Shown in pieces: positions 33,701 to 49,777 of a stretch of DNA of 64,000 nt. The stretch lies in contig DF237021.1 in the NCBI GenBank assembly GCA_000708835.1, positions 1 to 64,000 on the forward strand. Reading direction: 5' to 3'. The position numbers were made by a program, and so were the translations under genes. The stretch's first letter is position 1. Every line of letters starts with the position of its first letter. The notes below the pieces were generated by a model that had not been told where the DNA came from, did not search any database, and was given only the letters and a program-made list of their open reading frames with translations. This DNA comes from Klebsormidium nitens. Taxonomy: Eukaryota > Plantae > Klebsormidiophyceae.

Positions 33701-36700
33701 CGCAGGGGTTGGTCAGCGGGGTGGGGAGAACAAACGCAGCGCTGGCAGCCAAACTCTGCAAAAAAAAGGAAGTAAGCATTTGGATCCAACTGGCTGACTC
33801 TTGTGGCCGGGCGTATGCAAGAAACGTAGCTGCTTGGATCTTTGAGAGCTGACGAGTGTCGAAAGATTAGTAAAGTCGCTCGAACACTGGAAACTGCCCC
33901 GTGGCTGACATATTAGCAACTGGTTTTCTGGTGTTGCTTCGTATTCACCTTACACAATGTGCGCCCAAACCCTGCAAATGTCGAAGTTGTAGACGCCTAT
34001 TGACCACATCTTTCGCTGATAAATTCGACGAGTCTGTATTCGATACTTCGGTTCTTGGCCTGACCAGACGGTTTATCTATGTCTAGATACAAGTTTCACA
34101 CATCCTAGGCGTTGGATCGCGTCTCCTGATCCAGCTTACCTCGCAACAGCTTCTGTTGCAGGTTGAGTGTCCGCTTCTTCTTGGCCCCCTCGGTCTGGCT
34201 GCGGCCGCCCGCACGGCTGGCGGGAGGCGGGCGGGTCCAGCCCCATACGCCCTCGTCCTCCTGCATAAGCGATGACGCGGGTATAATAGCCTTTCTGCTG
34301 TGCGTACAACTGACTCACTCAAGAGCTCGGAAAAGGTTGGATGGTGCTGTGGGCGACCCATGACAATCCCTAGCGCAAAATCCGGATCGTCAGTGAACCA
34401 TCGGATCTTTCATTAAGCAGCCTGAAATCAAAGACACCCCGGATGAATGAAGCCTGGACACTAGTCGCTAGCCTGGAGTTCCTCTGTACCCTCGTTTTTG
34501 CTCAAAGAAGCTTCTAGACGTAGGGAATAAGGGAAGTATCGCAAAAGCAGCACAGCAAAAGAGAGAATCGCAAACATCGAGGTTGAGCAGGAGACGATAG
34601 CTGGAATGAGACACGTTCTCACTAGCCGAAACAGTGCAAAAGCTCTTTCGACTCGGCCTATGCATACCATGCACGATCAGATTCGAGCCATCCGCTGGCC
34701 GCTGTAAGTTACAAGCCAAAGCACCGGAACGGACTGGACGCCGTCACACTCGACACATAGACCGTCCGATCGGGGTTCTATCGGCAGCAATCCTTAAGTC
34801 TCCTTTGAGAATGACGCAGTAACTGGACAATCCTCCATGGACTGGCAAGTGGTATAACCAGAAGAGGAGTGGACCTACTTTCCAGTCCCACGCCGGGGCC
34901 TTGCTGCGCTCAAAAATATCCTTTGCTCCCTTCAACTCGTCAACCATTGGGAGCTTGCGGGGCCGGTCGCCGATTTCACCACTGCACCGAAAGCGGAACA
35001 CAACTTGACATGTGGTTCGGCAAGTGCTGGCATCAGGGCAAGAAAAGCTCTGTTGGCGCTCGTAACTAGGCATCCAAGGAAACGAAACGGAGTCGTCTGC
35101 ATGAGGGAAGAACGCAGACGACTGCCGTGGATACGTTTCTGGTGCGATCGGATTGCTTGAGGGCGGCAAGAATCTTGGTATCGTCTGAGTTAAACACCAC
35201 AGGCCTCTGGAAGGGTCTCCATTCACCCTTACATCAATCCAAGTTCCGGCCATGTATTGGCATTTCGTGTCAAAACTACATGCCTTGAATTGTTGGAAAC
35301 GAAGCGGCAACTCACGAGTCCCAGGGGGCCGGCTCGTTGTCGCAGCGTACAAAGAGGAAGCGGCACATGACGGCGTTCTGCTTCCCGGGCTTGCGCCAGC
35401 ACTTCTCGATGCGGTAGATTCCGTCATAGCGGACGTTCTCCTTGGGGGCATAGCTCGACTTCTTCTCCTTGTGTGACCTGCAGCAGACGAAGAGCATACG
35501 GCACCGTCAGTGGTGCTTGAGAATCTAGCTCAGGCATCTGGAGGCAAATCTGGCTTGGACCGGGGCCTTCCTTTATGTGTGTGAATAATCGACCGGCTTA
35601 CTCGTGGTGCAGCTCGTATAGGTCATCTGGAGTACCCTGGACTTGCCAATTCGCCCTCTGACTGAGTATATTAATTCAAGGGAATTGGGAAGGGTGCTTG
35701 GAAGCGATCCTGAGAGGCACTGTTTCTTGCACCTGCTTGAGAATGACCTGAGAATGGCTCTTCGAGCTACATAGACCTCATTGCAACGCTGCTGAGATGC
35801 ACTCATCCGGTTGTGCTCGTCATCCAAAGCACTACTGTAACGCCCTCGTCCACCTGCTCTGAGGTTTCGGGGATACACACCGTGAAAAGCTTCCCTGCTT
35901 TCAAGTGTTTCAATGCCACAATTCTCTGACCTTGCCAAGACATCCCAACAAGCCAACATCAGCGCTGATCCAATCTATCAGTTGCTTTGAATCAGAGGCG
36001 CAGTCCTGCGGAGCCTCACCGGACAACGCGTAGGGGGTAGCCCTCCCTGCAGCTGACTTTCAGGGCCTTGTTCATCTTCTCAAACACCTGCTCCTTGGAT
36101 TGCTCCTTGTTTGTCCGCTTGTTGCCGCTCAGATCCCGGCCCCCACTGCGACACAAGCAGACAATTTGGTTTATGATTTCCACAAGGGAAGATCAAATCT
36201 TTGGCCACTGGAAAGGCCCCACATGAAGGATCCCAAACAATGCTCTTGTTTCAAAGAGATTGTCTCAGCAGTGGATGAAGCCTACTAGACTAACAAGGCT
36301 GTTGTTCAAGAGTAACCTCCAGGGCTTACAGACTGGCGACTGGCTCTGATTAGATATTTTGGTCACCATGACCCCTGATGTAAGCAAGTACCACCATCAG
36401 AAAGTCCTCTCTTTGGTATAAGCTTCATCTGTTTCATGCAGCCCCAGAGAATCCCATTACGCACCTGCCAGTGTAGATGAAGTACTCCCCGTGGTCCTCA
36501 TCGTCCTCATAGCCCCCGGACAGCGCCACACTCTGCGCCCCGTGATCCGACTGGCCTGCTATCCCCGCCACGTGGGGAAAGTGCGCGCCCCACTGCCGGC
36601 AAGCCATGCGGTCCGTCCATTCTGCCCCAACGAGGACCCCCGTGTTGTTGACTGGATCATACTCTGCTGTGATTGGACCAAAGTGGTCCGGAGGGATGGT

Positions 36701-38527
36701 GACAAAGATGCGGCCGCTGCAGGCGTTGGCGAGTCCGGTCTTCTGTGCGCGCTCGGTGGTGAAGGCCTGCAGAGCCAAAAACAACGATCAATGATTTTGT
36801 TTTATTTCTGCACCGATTGAATTCCATTACTTGGAAACAGAAGTCTCGCCCCCTTGGGGGAGAGGGAAGCCTACAAGCGCATTTTAAGATTGAAACAGAT
36901 GTTTGCACCACTTGGTGCCATTTGTCCTTGCTTGCTATGGATGCTCAGCAAGCGGCAGAATAGCACACTCCTCTCTTCAACTTGCGAAACTGTGTATCGT
37001 TCAGAAGCGTGCACCCTAATACTTTAGCCAACTGGTAGAGGCAACTGAGGAAGAAAGTTCATGAAACTGGGCAGTGTATAACTCTGAAAGGAAAACAAAC
37101 ACCGAAGCTTAGCGACGAGGCTCGGTTGAAAGCAGTGCCTCCATGTTTGAAGCAATGGTCCGAATCTCTTTCTTGCAAGGAACTTTTTGTAAAACCTCCA
37201 ACGGATTTTGTCCAGAAGTTGTACCTGATCTGGCCGGTCGTCGTTAGCCATAAAGTGCTGTGGCTTTGCGGCGGGTCTGTTCTCCCCAGCTGCTGCAGCC
37301 TTTGCATGACGAATGGCCATGACGAGGGCGGAGTTGATGCGGGGATTGTTGCAGGCACTGGCCGGAATGGCCGCCCGGCACTTGGCGCAATTCTTCTTGC
37401 CCATGCCAACCTGCTTCTGGAAGCACTTGAGGCAGAAGTTGTGGCCGCAGGGAGTCTGCAGAAGATCAAAGGGTTAGAGTGCCTGCCTTCTCTGTTTCTT
37501 GACCACCACTACTGAGAGGTGACAGTAAGCAGCATCAACAAGGGACTGAAACGAGCTACAAGAAACCGAGCACATGAAAGAGCTGGATTGGCTCCTTTGC
37601 TACCTCTAGTTACCAAACCTCATAATCAAGTTCATGAAAGCAGAGACGATGAATCTGGTCTCTGAGTTGATCTATCAAGAGACTACGCCGGCTGATCGGC
37701 ACTGACCGAGACAGGTCGATCGCAAAGCTCCTGGCAGATAGGGCAGCACAGGGACTGGTCCAGCAGGTCCAGGGCAGAGCTCTTCTCCTTCTTTCTGCTG
37801 CTCGCTCCTGCCTCTGCTCCCTCGACAGACTTCCTCTTGGCGCCTTTCCTGCCTGCCGTCTCTTGTGGCGTGTCCTCTGAGGTGTTGATCACTTTGTTAC
37901 TAAGCAGCTCTTGACGCTTCCTTGCCTTTTCCTGCTCGGTCAGCGTGGTGTCTTCGTTGATGGCACGGACTTGGGAAACGATGCTATTGGCTGCCAGCGA
38001 GCTTGGGGCCGCTATTGTCACGGGCCCTGGCAGAAGAAAATGGGGACGGTATAAGCACTTGGGACAATGATTTCCGCATCTGGCCAGTTGCATTCATTCA
38101 ACCAAGTTCCTCTCTGAAGAGGGATAGCTCTGCCTTGGATGGAAGGACACATTGGGCTTGAGCAAAATCTGTCGGTGCCATGGAGTACTGGGAGTCCAAA
38201 ATCAGTCTAATCAATTTCTTAGATGAGATAATTGCAGAATGTGTACATGGCGGTTAATACAAGGTACAAGGTGGTGCAATGAGACAAGACTTGGCGCAGG
38301 TGAGTAGATTCCTTACCGGTCTCAATGCTCGGACTGAAGTCGCAATCAGGACAATCCCAGCCGCCAAGTGGTGCCTCCGACAAAGGAGATTTCAAGCATC
38401 GCATATGCCATGGACTGGCACAGCTTCTGCAAGTCACTAATTCTGAACGTGGTGGCTTCAATGAACAACACATGCAGATGCCTTCTGAATCCAGCGGAAG
38501 GTCATGCTTCCCCCCTACGGAAGCCAT
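30755..38527 (-). CDS. ORTH: ORTHRUS/VIM (UHRF1-like) E3 ubiquitin ligase, PHD-RING-SRA-RING, at least 11 exons
   Basis: ATG at 38527. PHD (LPLDSEGICMCC...CRSCASPWHMRCL...WDCPDC), RING1 ([24 protein letters not shown]...CAKC), SRA (VGAEWTDRMACRQWGAHFPHVAGIAGQ...[38 protein letters not shown]...VRYDGIYRIEKCW) and RING2 ([24 protein letters not shown]...CPAC). The last exon(s) below 31441 are uncertain; ~30863-30755 fits in phase. Confidence 0.95.
31690..31800 (-). repeat. Degenerate copy of an ORTH acceptor junction
   Basis: Minus strand CCGCTCCTTAG|GCCGAGCAGATCGAACTGAGCGG... starting at 31787 versus the real CCGCTCCTCAG|GCCGAGCAGATCGAACTGGGCGG... at 31660 (spacing 127). Confidence 0.9.
33680..33780 (-). 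repeat. Degenerate copy of the ORTH RING2 exon acceptor junction
   Basis: Minus strand TTTTGCAG|AGTTTGGCTGCCAGCGCTGC...CCCCGCTGACCAACCCCTGCGGCCACAG at 33755 versus the real exon at 33600 (spacing 155). Confidence 0.9.
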
Positions 38528-38930
38528 TTCTGCTTTTCAGTCTCTCTGTCTGAAAAACTCAGCAATGTTCCTGATCGCCCCAGCCAATCAATCACATTAG
38601 CTGCTCGTTGAAAACTTTGCTAGTTTTAAGAGCTCAAACGCCGCTGTATACCTAATATGTGTACCGGTATCATGCAACAGCAAACGTTTATTCGTCCTCG
38701 AGGATGCCGCCAAAGTTGCAGCAATGCAGCAAAGTGCTGATCAAAGTGCGCCTTTCTTCTCTTTGCAGGGCTGAGTTGGGCTGTGTGTGTGTTTCCTGTT
38801 ATTTCCTGTTACAGTTAGGTACTGTATTTCCTGCTGTGCAAAATTGGCGGGAAAATGCGCCGTATTCGAAACCTCGCAACCTTCCAAAACCTGGACCATC
38901 CAAAGGGAAAGGAGTCTCATCGGACGGCTA
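38528..38930. promoter_or_regulatory. Probable shared divergent promoter region of ORTH and RTCA
   Basis: Head-to-head genes: ORTH ATG at 38527 and candidate RTCA ATGs at 38929-39367. Inferred from layout only. Confidence 0.4.
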
Positions 38931-39216
38931 TGGTTGACTTCAGAAAACCAAACCCTACAGACGCTGGCATGAGCCCTGAAAAGAAGCCGCGGCGCGAGAA
39001 ACAGCCGCACTCCAGGTGTCGTATCGGTTTCGTCTCCTTTTTGCACTCTTTCAAGTTACAGCGATGGCTCAGCAAAGCGACACCAAGGAGGCATTCTTAG
39101 AGAGGCGAGCAAGAGAGGAGCTACGCAATGCAGGCGCAGATGGCTTGTGCATCCGTCAATTGCACTGTGATTAGAAAGGCACTCCATTCCAGCTTTCAAG
39201 CTGGTAGTTTCAGTAA

Positions 39217-43202
<3,986 letters not shown>

Positions 43203-44411
43203 GCACTCCAAATCCGAGAACCGGACGATTAGCAGGCTGGAGCTTGAATCGACGAGATCAACGTAGGGAGATTGTATAACGAAAGGGTGCGCTAGAGTGG
43301 GCCGAAACGCACGCTTCTCACAACTGTGTAGTTATGCCGCTTGCTCCGAATTGGAATGTTGAGAAAGCATCGCGACCTCTCCCGACGAGATTAGGGAGGC
43401 CTCTCTTTCAAACAATCATTGCATCGGTGGCAGGTGCCAGTGGGTAATCTAGCTGGCCAGCAGCTCTGTGGTGGTCTAAGTGAGTTCCGGTGATGGATGT
43501 GCCTTGCCTTTCAGATGTCAGGTTCGCCACTCAACCATGCAGTCTTCTGCACTGAAGGTTGCTCAGATCACACATGCACTGAAATAGATTTTGGATCCGG
43601 TTGTGATAGCATGCAGGCGCGTTTTAAACCGTCACGAACTTCTGTTTCCCAGGCTGATGGCATGCTATTAATTGGGACTTAGGCCGGGCTAGGTACGTAC
43701 TACCCCATGGTTATAGTGATTTTACTGGGAAGTGTTCAACGGTTGATCACTTGCAATATGATCGGCGACGGCGCATGGCATGCATGGCGCAGCTTAGTAT
43801 ATAGGATATAACACACATGTGGCGTAATGAATGATTATGTAAAACCTAGCTGATCGATGCGGCGCGGCCACGTGCAACTTGTCATTGGAGGTCCTCAAAC
43901 CATTTTTAGATTTGCACTGGATCGATATAATGTCGCACATATGGATATTATCTCATGCACCAAGATTTGGAAGAGGCGATATATCGGATCGGCGCATGCA
44001 TGATCCACGTATTATAGTATACGTCAGTGCATGCACACCGTACGTGACGATCGACAGTTTTCATGAAGCATATACTTTCCTCCGAATTACCATCGAAGAC
44101 TTTCAGGATCCAATCGGACTTGCATGAGAATGATCGGCCAATATTGCCAGCATGGGTGTGGGTACTCAAAATTAAGCTATAATGGAGACCTGATGCATTC
44201 GATCGCAGCTAGCGCGCAAGTGTCTGCATGCATGCTTAGCAAGCCCTGTACTTCCTACGCCTTACTGCATGTCAAGTAAGAGTCAGTAATATCCTCAGTC
44301 GATATCAGCTCCCGCGTTCTCAACAACCGAAAGGACAATTGACGACTCGCAACTCGCGATGGCTCTCGATCTGCTTGATCTACCCGGACTGATGTAAAAT
44401 TGCGCGCTCAA

Positions 44412-47400
44412 CTAACGCAGATAAGTCGCTGCCGCTGCGCTTTTGACGTTCCTGCAATACGCACCTTGCATCGACAGTCCAACTCGGAATCCGACTAAAG
44501 ATCCGACTGAAGCGCCCGCTTTGACGAGGTCCTCATAGTTCTGCGTATCCGACGGTATAACTTGCGGGCAAAGGACCGGCGTTTCACCGGCAACTTGCTG
44601 TTCCAGATACGCCGTTGTGCCGTCAAGGTTATAAGCGAAGCGGTCTTGGAATAAGCTGACCCCCTTAGATATAAGCATGTAATCATACCCCGCTGCGTCC
44701 GTGCAGTTATAATTGGTCGAATCGCCACGGACGCCCGCTTGGCAGTATGACGGCGTATAATACGGGTCTAGAATCTGGACGTCTATGCCGTCCTTAGACA
44801 TGTGGACCGCGGCGACGAATCGCTCACCCCGGTCGCGCAGCAGAGCGTTACCGTCCTGCGAGTGGTTCCGGATCGGGTTTGACAGGGCTAGGTACCGGGG
44901 GCCCGGCTTCCGCGGACCAACGCCTACGGGAACGGAACAAATCGGAACGTCGTCATTAGAGGAGGCGTTGATAACACCATGTATCAAAACACGAGATATC
45001 CTTTGAGCGGGTTGGCCGTTGGCGTTTATGTGTCAGTAAAAAAGGTTAACTACACGTGAACTCCTTCCTTGAGAAAACCTGGTTACGGCGCTCTTAACCA
45101 GATTTGGTGCGGCACGCGTGGCTGACTGAAAGACCAGGTTCACAAGAACTTTTCCTGGCTTCTGAGAGATTTCATCATTCGAGACCTACTGCTGTGGACT
45201 CTCTTTTTTGACAGCTGACTCCCATCTCTTCTTTGCGGATTGAAGTTTTCGCAAGAGACCACTTTGAATTTTGCTGGCAAGCGCGACAAACGTGGGCTTC
45301 GACCGAGGCCTCCTGAGAAGGGGAAAAGGCGACTCGAACAATAGTTGCTCGTCACCACACTATGGTTCACCGGTAAAACATACTGGCAACTCTTGCTTTC
45401 ACTAAGGGGTGCTTTCACTGAGATAGAAGGGCCCCGGGCACCTCAACTAAAAACCCTAACCTAGTTAATGACCCGCTCCGCACCCGTACCCACCCTAACC
45501 ACCAAACTAACCCCACCCGTCCCCCGGGTGCATGTCTTAATGAAAGCACCCCTTAGTGAAAGCAAGAGTTGCCAGAGTCGGTAAAACCTCCTTCGAGTGA
45601 CGTTGGAAGGGAAGTCGATAGGAAGCGCAGACAAGATTCGTAGACCTTTTCAAGAGCCAAAAAGCGAAGCCCTCTGAAAGCGATTGGCGACTCACCAAAG
45701 ATATTCAGCCACTCGGCTGTGGTCTGCCAGTAGAAGGCCTTGCCGGTGACGTTGAGGAGCGCGCTCGGGAGACTGCCACGTGGCCCGATGCTCGTCGTGT
45801 TGGTGACGTTCTGAAAGGCGGACCCCGGCGAGAGTCTGAGAGACCAGCAAAGAAATTAACTGAGCATATTGCGACGGCAAGAAGCTAGAAGAGTCATGGA
45901 TGACGGTGCGGATTGCCCGAGGTGATTCCGTTGGAGGAACATGTAACGCCGGTCTTAGTACAAAAGTTCTCGTCAAAACACATAAGGGCCATGCACATCG
46001 ACTGGAATCCAGATAATATGCCTTGTATTCACACGCCTGCACCTTAGATTGAACGTCAATCTGCCACGTGAGCCGTCTTCCTCCGGGTGATAAGGAGCGC
46101 TTGATGAAATGAGGCACCAAAATCGTGCACGCAAGAGGGGAGCAAGAATGAAAACGGCGGGCACTGTCAAGATAGCCAGAACGTGACACACGGGAAGGCA
46201 GCGCCAGTCTGGCGTCGTTCGGGAAATGAGGCGCTCTGAAACGAGGCCCGACCCGAAAACCATGGAGACAACCGAGCTTCGAGCTAGGCGCTTTGAAACT
46301 GAGGCATGCGACCTACCTCCATTCGTAGTTCTCCATGAAGAGCATATCGTATGTCATTAGCTGCCCGGTCGTGCCTGCGATTGACACGAAAGCGTTCAGT
46401 CGTTCTCTTCACATTGTACGAGGCTCCCGTTTCGAGGTTTCTGAGCAAGCTTTGTGGTCGCCCGTGCCTTGTACGAGTTTCCCGTTTCACGGCGTCCAGA
46501 ATACCAACGTTGACAAAAATGACTCCAGCAAGTCGAAGGTTTCGGGAGCGCACACTTCTTTTCCGGGTTGGAGCGGATTTTGAACTGCTTGGGAAAATCA
46601 CAAACTTACTTGACAAGACCTCATAATATTGTTCTGCAGGCGGGAGAAGCGATCAAGCAAGGCCTCGCTTGAAGACAGTGTGGCCTGCCGAAAGGCAACC
46701 GATCTAAAACCCTCTCTCCGTCGGACTGAACCTTGTCGGTGGCAACCAAAGAGAACGGACCGTCGCAAGAGAAGTTCGTCACCCAGACGGGTTGATTTGA
46801 CTCTGCAAAAGGCTCCAAACTCCTGAGTTAGAGAGCTTTCCAGGCACAACAGCGCTGACGAGGGAATGGGCGGCGCCCACAGCTCAAGCTTGTTCACGAC
46901 GCTAAACAAACGAGCAGATCAGAAACAAGCTCACTAGGAGTGGTCCATGTGACCAGGATTGCTCCTTTGTGACACAAGGAGAACGTTGGAATCTGGTCGA
47001 CTGCCCTAGAATCACGGAATCTTGAAAGCGAGTTTTCTTTGTTTACCTGGACTCGTCCGTTTGTTCGTAACCAGAGGGAAAATCGCCGAACAAGAAGTCG
47101 AGCTTACGGGCTTTTGATCAGATTTTTCGACACAAGTCACAAATCGGAAGTTTCAACCAGCCCCGCCCTTACCTTCGCGGCACGAGAGTTGCACCGTGAC
47201 GTTGAACTGGTCGATGTAGGTGACGTCCTGGCCAAACAGGGCGGATGGCACGAACGGCCCGCACACTGCGGGCGGGGGAGTCGGAGCGTCAGCCAGTGAC
47301 GTCAGCACAAAAGCTGGCGGATCCCTGCGGTTGCAGTCATGACCTACTTGCGCGGTTTCGAGCGCACTCGCAAGCTTAACACGAGTGGCCTGCATGCTGC

Positions 47401-49777
47401 AATTCGAACATTAGACCACGGTAAAGATTAGCAAAAGAGTCGGAAAAGCACGCCGCGTAAAGAATGAGGGACTTCAAATCGCCAGATTGAACCCGCCAGC
47501 TCGACTGTTGCTTCTTTCTACGGCATCATAAGTCGGATCAAGGCTTTACAGGGAAGGATCTTTGGCGCCATGCGCTTGGGCCTGAGTCGGCTTCGTATAC
47601 GCCTCGCATCGGAGTCTAAAGGTGAAAGGGAAAGCTCAGTCGGTGTGAACTAGTAGCAGTAACCAAAGTGGGTTAACGATCCCAGGCCTTGCGCGCAACG
47701 TGCTTCTAATAACCCGGACGGTTTTGTACTAACCATACTCACCAAAAAGCAGGACGATGACTCCTAGCGTGTATGCGCAGGGGCCCCAGCAGAGGCACTG
47801 GCAGTAGGAGAGCAGCGTGACCCCCTCTAGTTTGAACACCAGTTGGATCCAATGGAGGGATATCATGAGGGCGGAAACGAGCATGGAAATCGCCGCCACG
47901 AGAGACCCCGCGCCGAGGTACCAGTTGAAGAGGAAGGTGATGACAACCTGGCGGAGTTAATAAGTACAGAACTTTGTGTGGTTACGGTGGTTACGGACTG
48001 GTTAAGATGCTTAAATGGTCACTGACCAGACTCGAGCGGAATCGAACACAACTTTGAACATGGTCACAACCTGGTTAATGGTCGAAGAGCCACACTTGTG
48101 TCCGGTTACATAGCATGGTTAGCAGCCAAAACCATCCTGTAAAAATCCATGAAACGCGTTCCTTTACAACGGGCAGAAGGTAATATCTGGAAAGAAGGGC
48201 GCCAATACAAGATTGGAAGCAGCCTGGCCGTTCGCTCGTGTCCTCTATCAAGCCGATGCAGATGAGATGCGTTCTCGGAGTGCTCTAGAACCACAACAAG
48301 CTCATTAAAAGACACTTTTGGAACTGACAGAACGGACGGACGGAGAACATGGACTCCCGAGGCGATATCAGAAACCCCTCCTAGCTATAACCCACTAGGA
48401 TCGACGTTCTAGGCTGACCAGATTCAATAATTCTGACCGTCGATCGTAGGGGTAGTAGTAGAAAGGGGTACCTAGGACTCCGCCGGGAGTCTCTGTTCTC
48501 CTTCCATTCGTTCTGACACCAAGTGAAAAAGCTGCGAGCCAACTATAAGGTGAACGGCAAAAAAGATTTGGGTTTAGTGTCAACTGACCTGGACAGTGTC
48601 ATGACAGCCGCCAAGAAATGCAATGAGGCCAGACAACTTTGAGGGAGGCTCGTAATCCCGCCATCGATACTGCAAGAGAAAAGGTGACTCCTTTGTGGTC
48701 TTCGAAGTCGCACTTTTGCATGTCAGTAACGTGTCGTTTTGATGAATTCAAGAAACAGGAGCGCCCCATTGTTGCCGAACACCGCGCTCAAGGATTATAG
48801 CGGCCAGTGTTGAAATGGATTCTAAAGACTCTCTTAGTCTACCAAGCTTGCGGCGACGCCTCAACTGGGCGCAAATCAAATGCTTTGGGACAAGAAAGCG
48901 TAGAGTGCAGATTTTATGATAAATGCAGGCCTGCTAGCACTACGACAAGAAGCAAGCTTAGCGCCTTCAGTCAGAACATAACGTAGACCAGGATTTCAAG
49001 CGCTCGTTCTTGTGAGCTGGCAGCTTTCTTAGGAGGCCTATGCAAAGTGAGCGATTGTCTGTAAGAAAGGGAGATGATGGGCAACAGCAACGATCACCAG
49101 ACTGGGAAGGCCAGTTTGCAACCCCACTCACTATCAGGCATCCAGCATTCACAAACCCTCAGCAGATTGCCGGCTCATGTCATTATTGTACCACTTACCA
49201 AAACACACAGAACAGCAAACTCGACCGCCGCCACCCCCGCACACGCCCACGCTCCGTAGAGGATTCCATTGTGCAGCTTCTGCCGTTTCATTTCATTCTC
49301 AGGGTAGGCCGAATAGGTCAGGCAGGCCAGCGTGCTCGGCCGATAGCATTCGACCAGAAAGATCACGTCTGTAACCAGGTCAATTAGCACCAGCAACAGG
49401 CGTACTGACGTCTTGATCCTGCCTTGCGGTTTGGCTCTGGATTGCAAGCTGGAGTTGTTTTGCTGGATTCCGCCACTCCTAGTTGGTGACAAGGGTGCGT
49501 AATTGGAGGACTGTAGGGCTGGATTAACCAAGCTGGAGGGGTTTTGTTGATTTGTGCCGCTCCTAGTTGGTGACCAGGGTGCGTATTTGGAGGACTGTAG
49601 GGCTGGATCGACCAAACTGGAGGGGTGGTATTCGAGACCCGCACTAGCTTCTTTGATAGTAACGACACTTTCGCTAGCAGTATAATTGGACAAATAGTGG
49701 TGATATGGGACAGCAGTCGACTCCTGCACGCTTTTGCCCGCTGCAGCTCTAGGTGCTTCATGCCTGGCCGTCTCCAT
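44412..49777 (-). CDS. Multi-exon membrane protein of unknown function with a large, probably extracellular C-terminal domain
   Basis: Exon blocks ~49777-49200 (LLLVLIDLVTDVIFLVE...ILYGAWACAGVAAVEFAVLCVL), ~48550-48447, ~47948-47745 (VVITFLFNWYLGAGSLVAAISMLVSALMISLHWIQLVF...YTLGVIVLLF), ~47267-47173, ~45834-45695, ~45318-45188 and ~45001-44412 (Cys/Tyr/Asp-rich, N-glycosylation sequons). The exon chain is not fully phased. Confidence 0.6.
45380..45578. mobile_element. Mutator-like MITE (~200 bp) in an intron
   Basis: Perfect 35-bp inverted repeat at 45383-45417 and 45541-45575 (CTGGCAACTCTTGCTTTCACTAAGGGGTGCTTTCA). 9-bp direct repeat CGGTAAAAC at 45371-45379 and 45579-45587. Confidence 0.75.
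49470..49625 (-). repeat. Coding 84-bp (28-aa) tandem duplication
   Basis: PSSLVDPALQSSKYAPWSPTRSGTNQQN followed by PSSLVNPALQSSNYAPLSPTRSGGIQQN. Confidence 0.88.
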
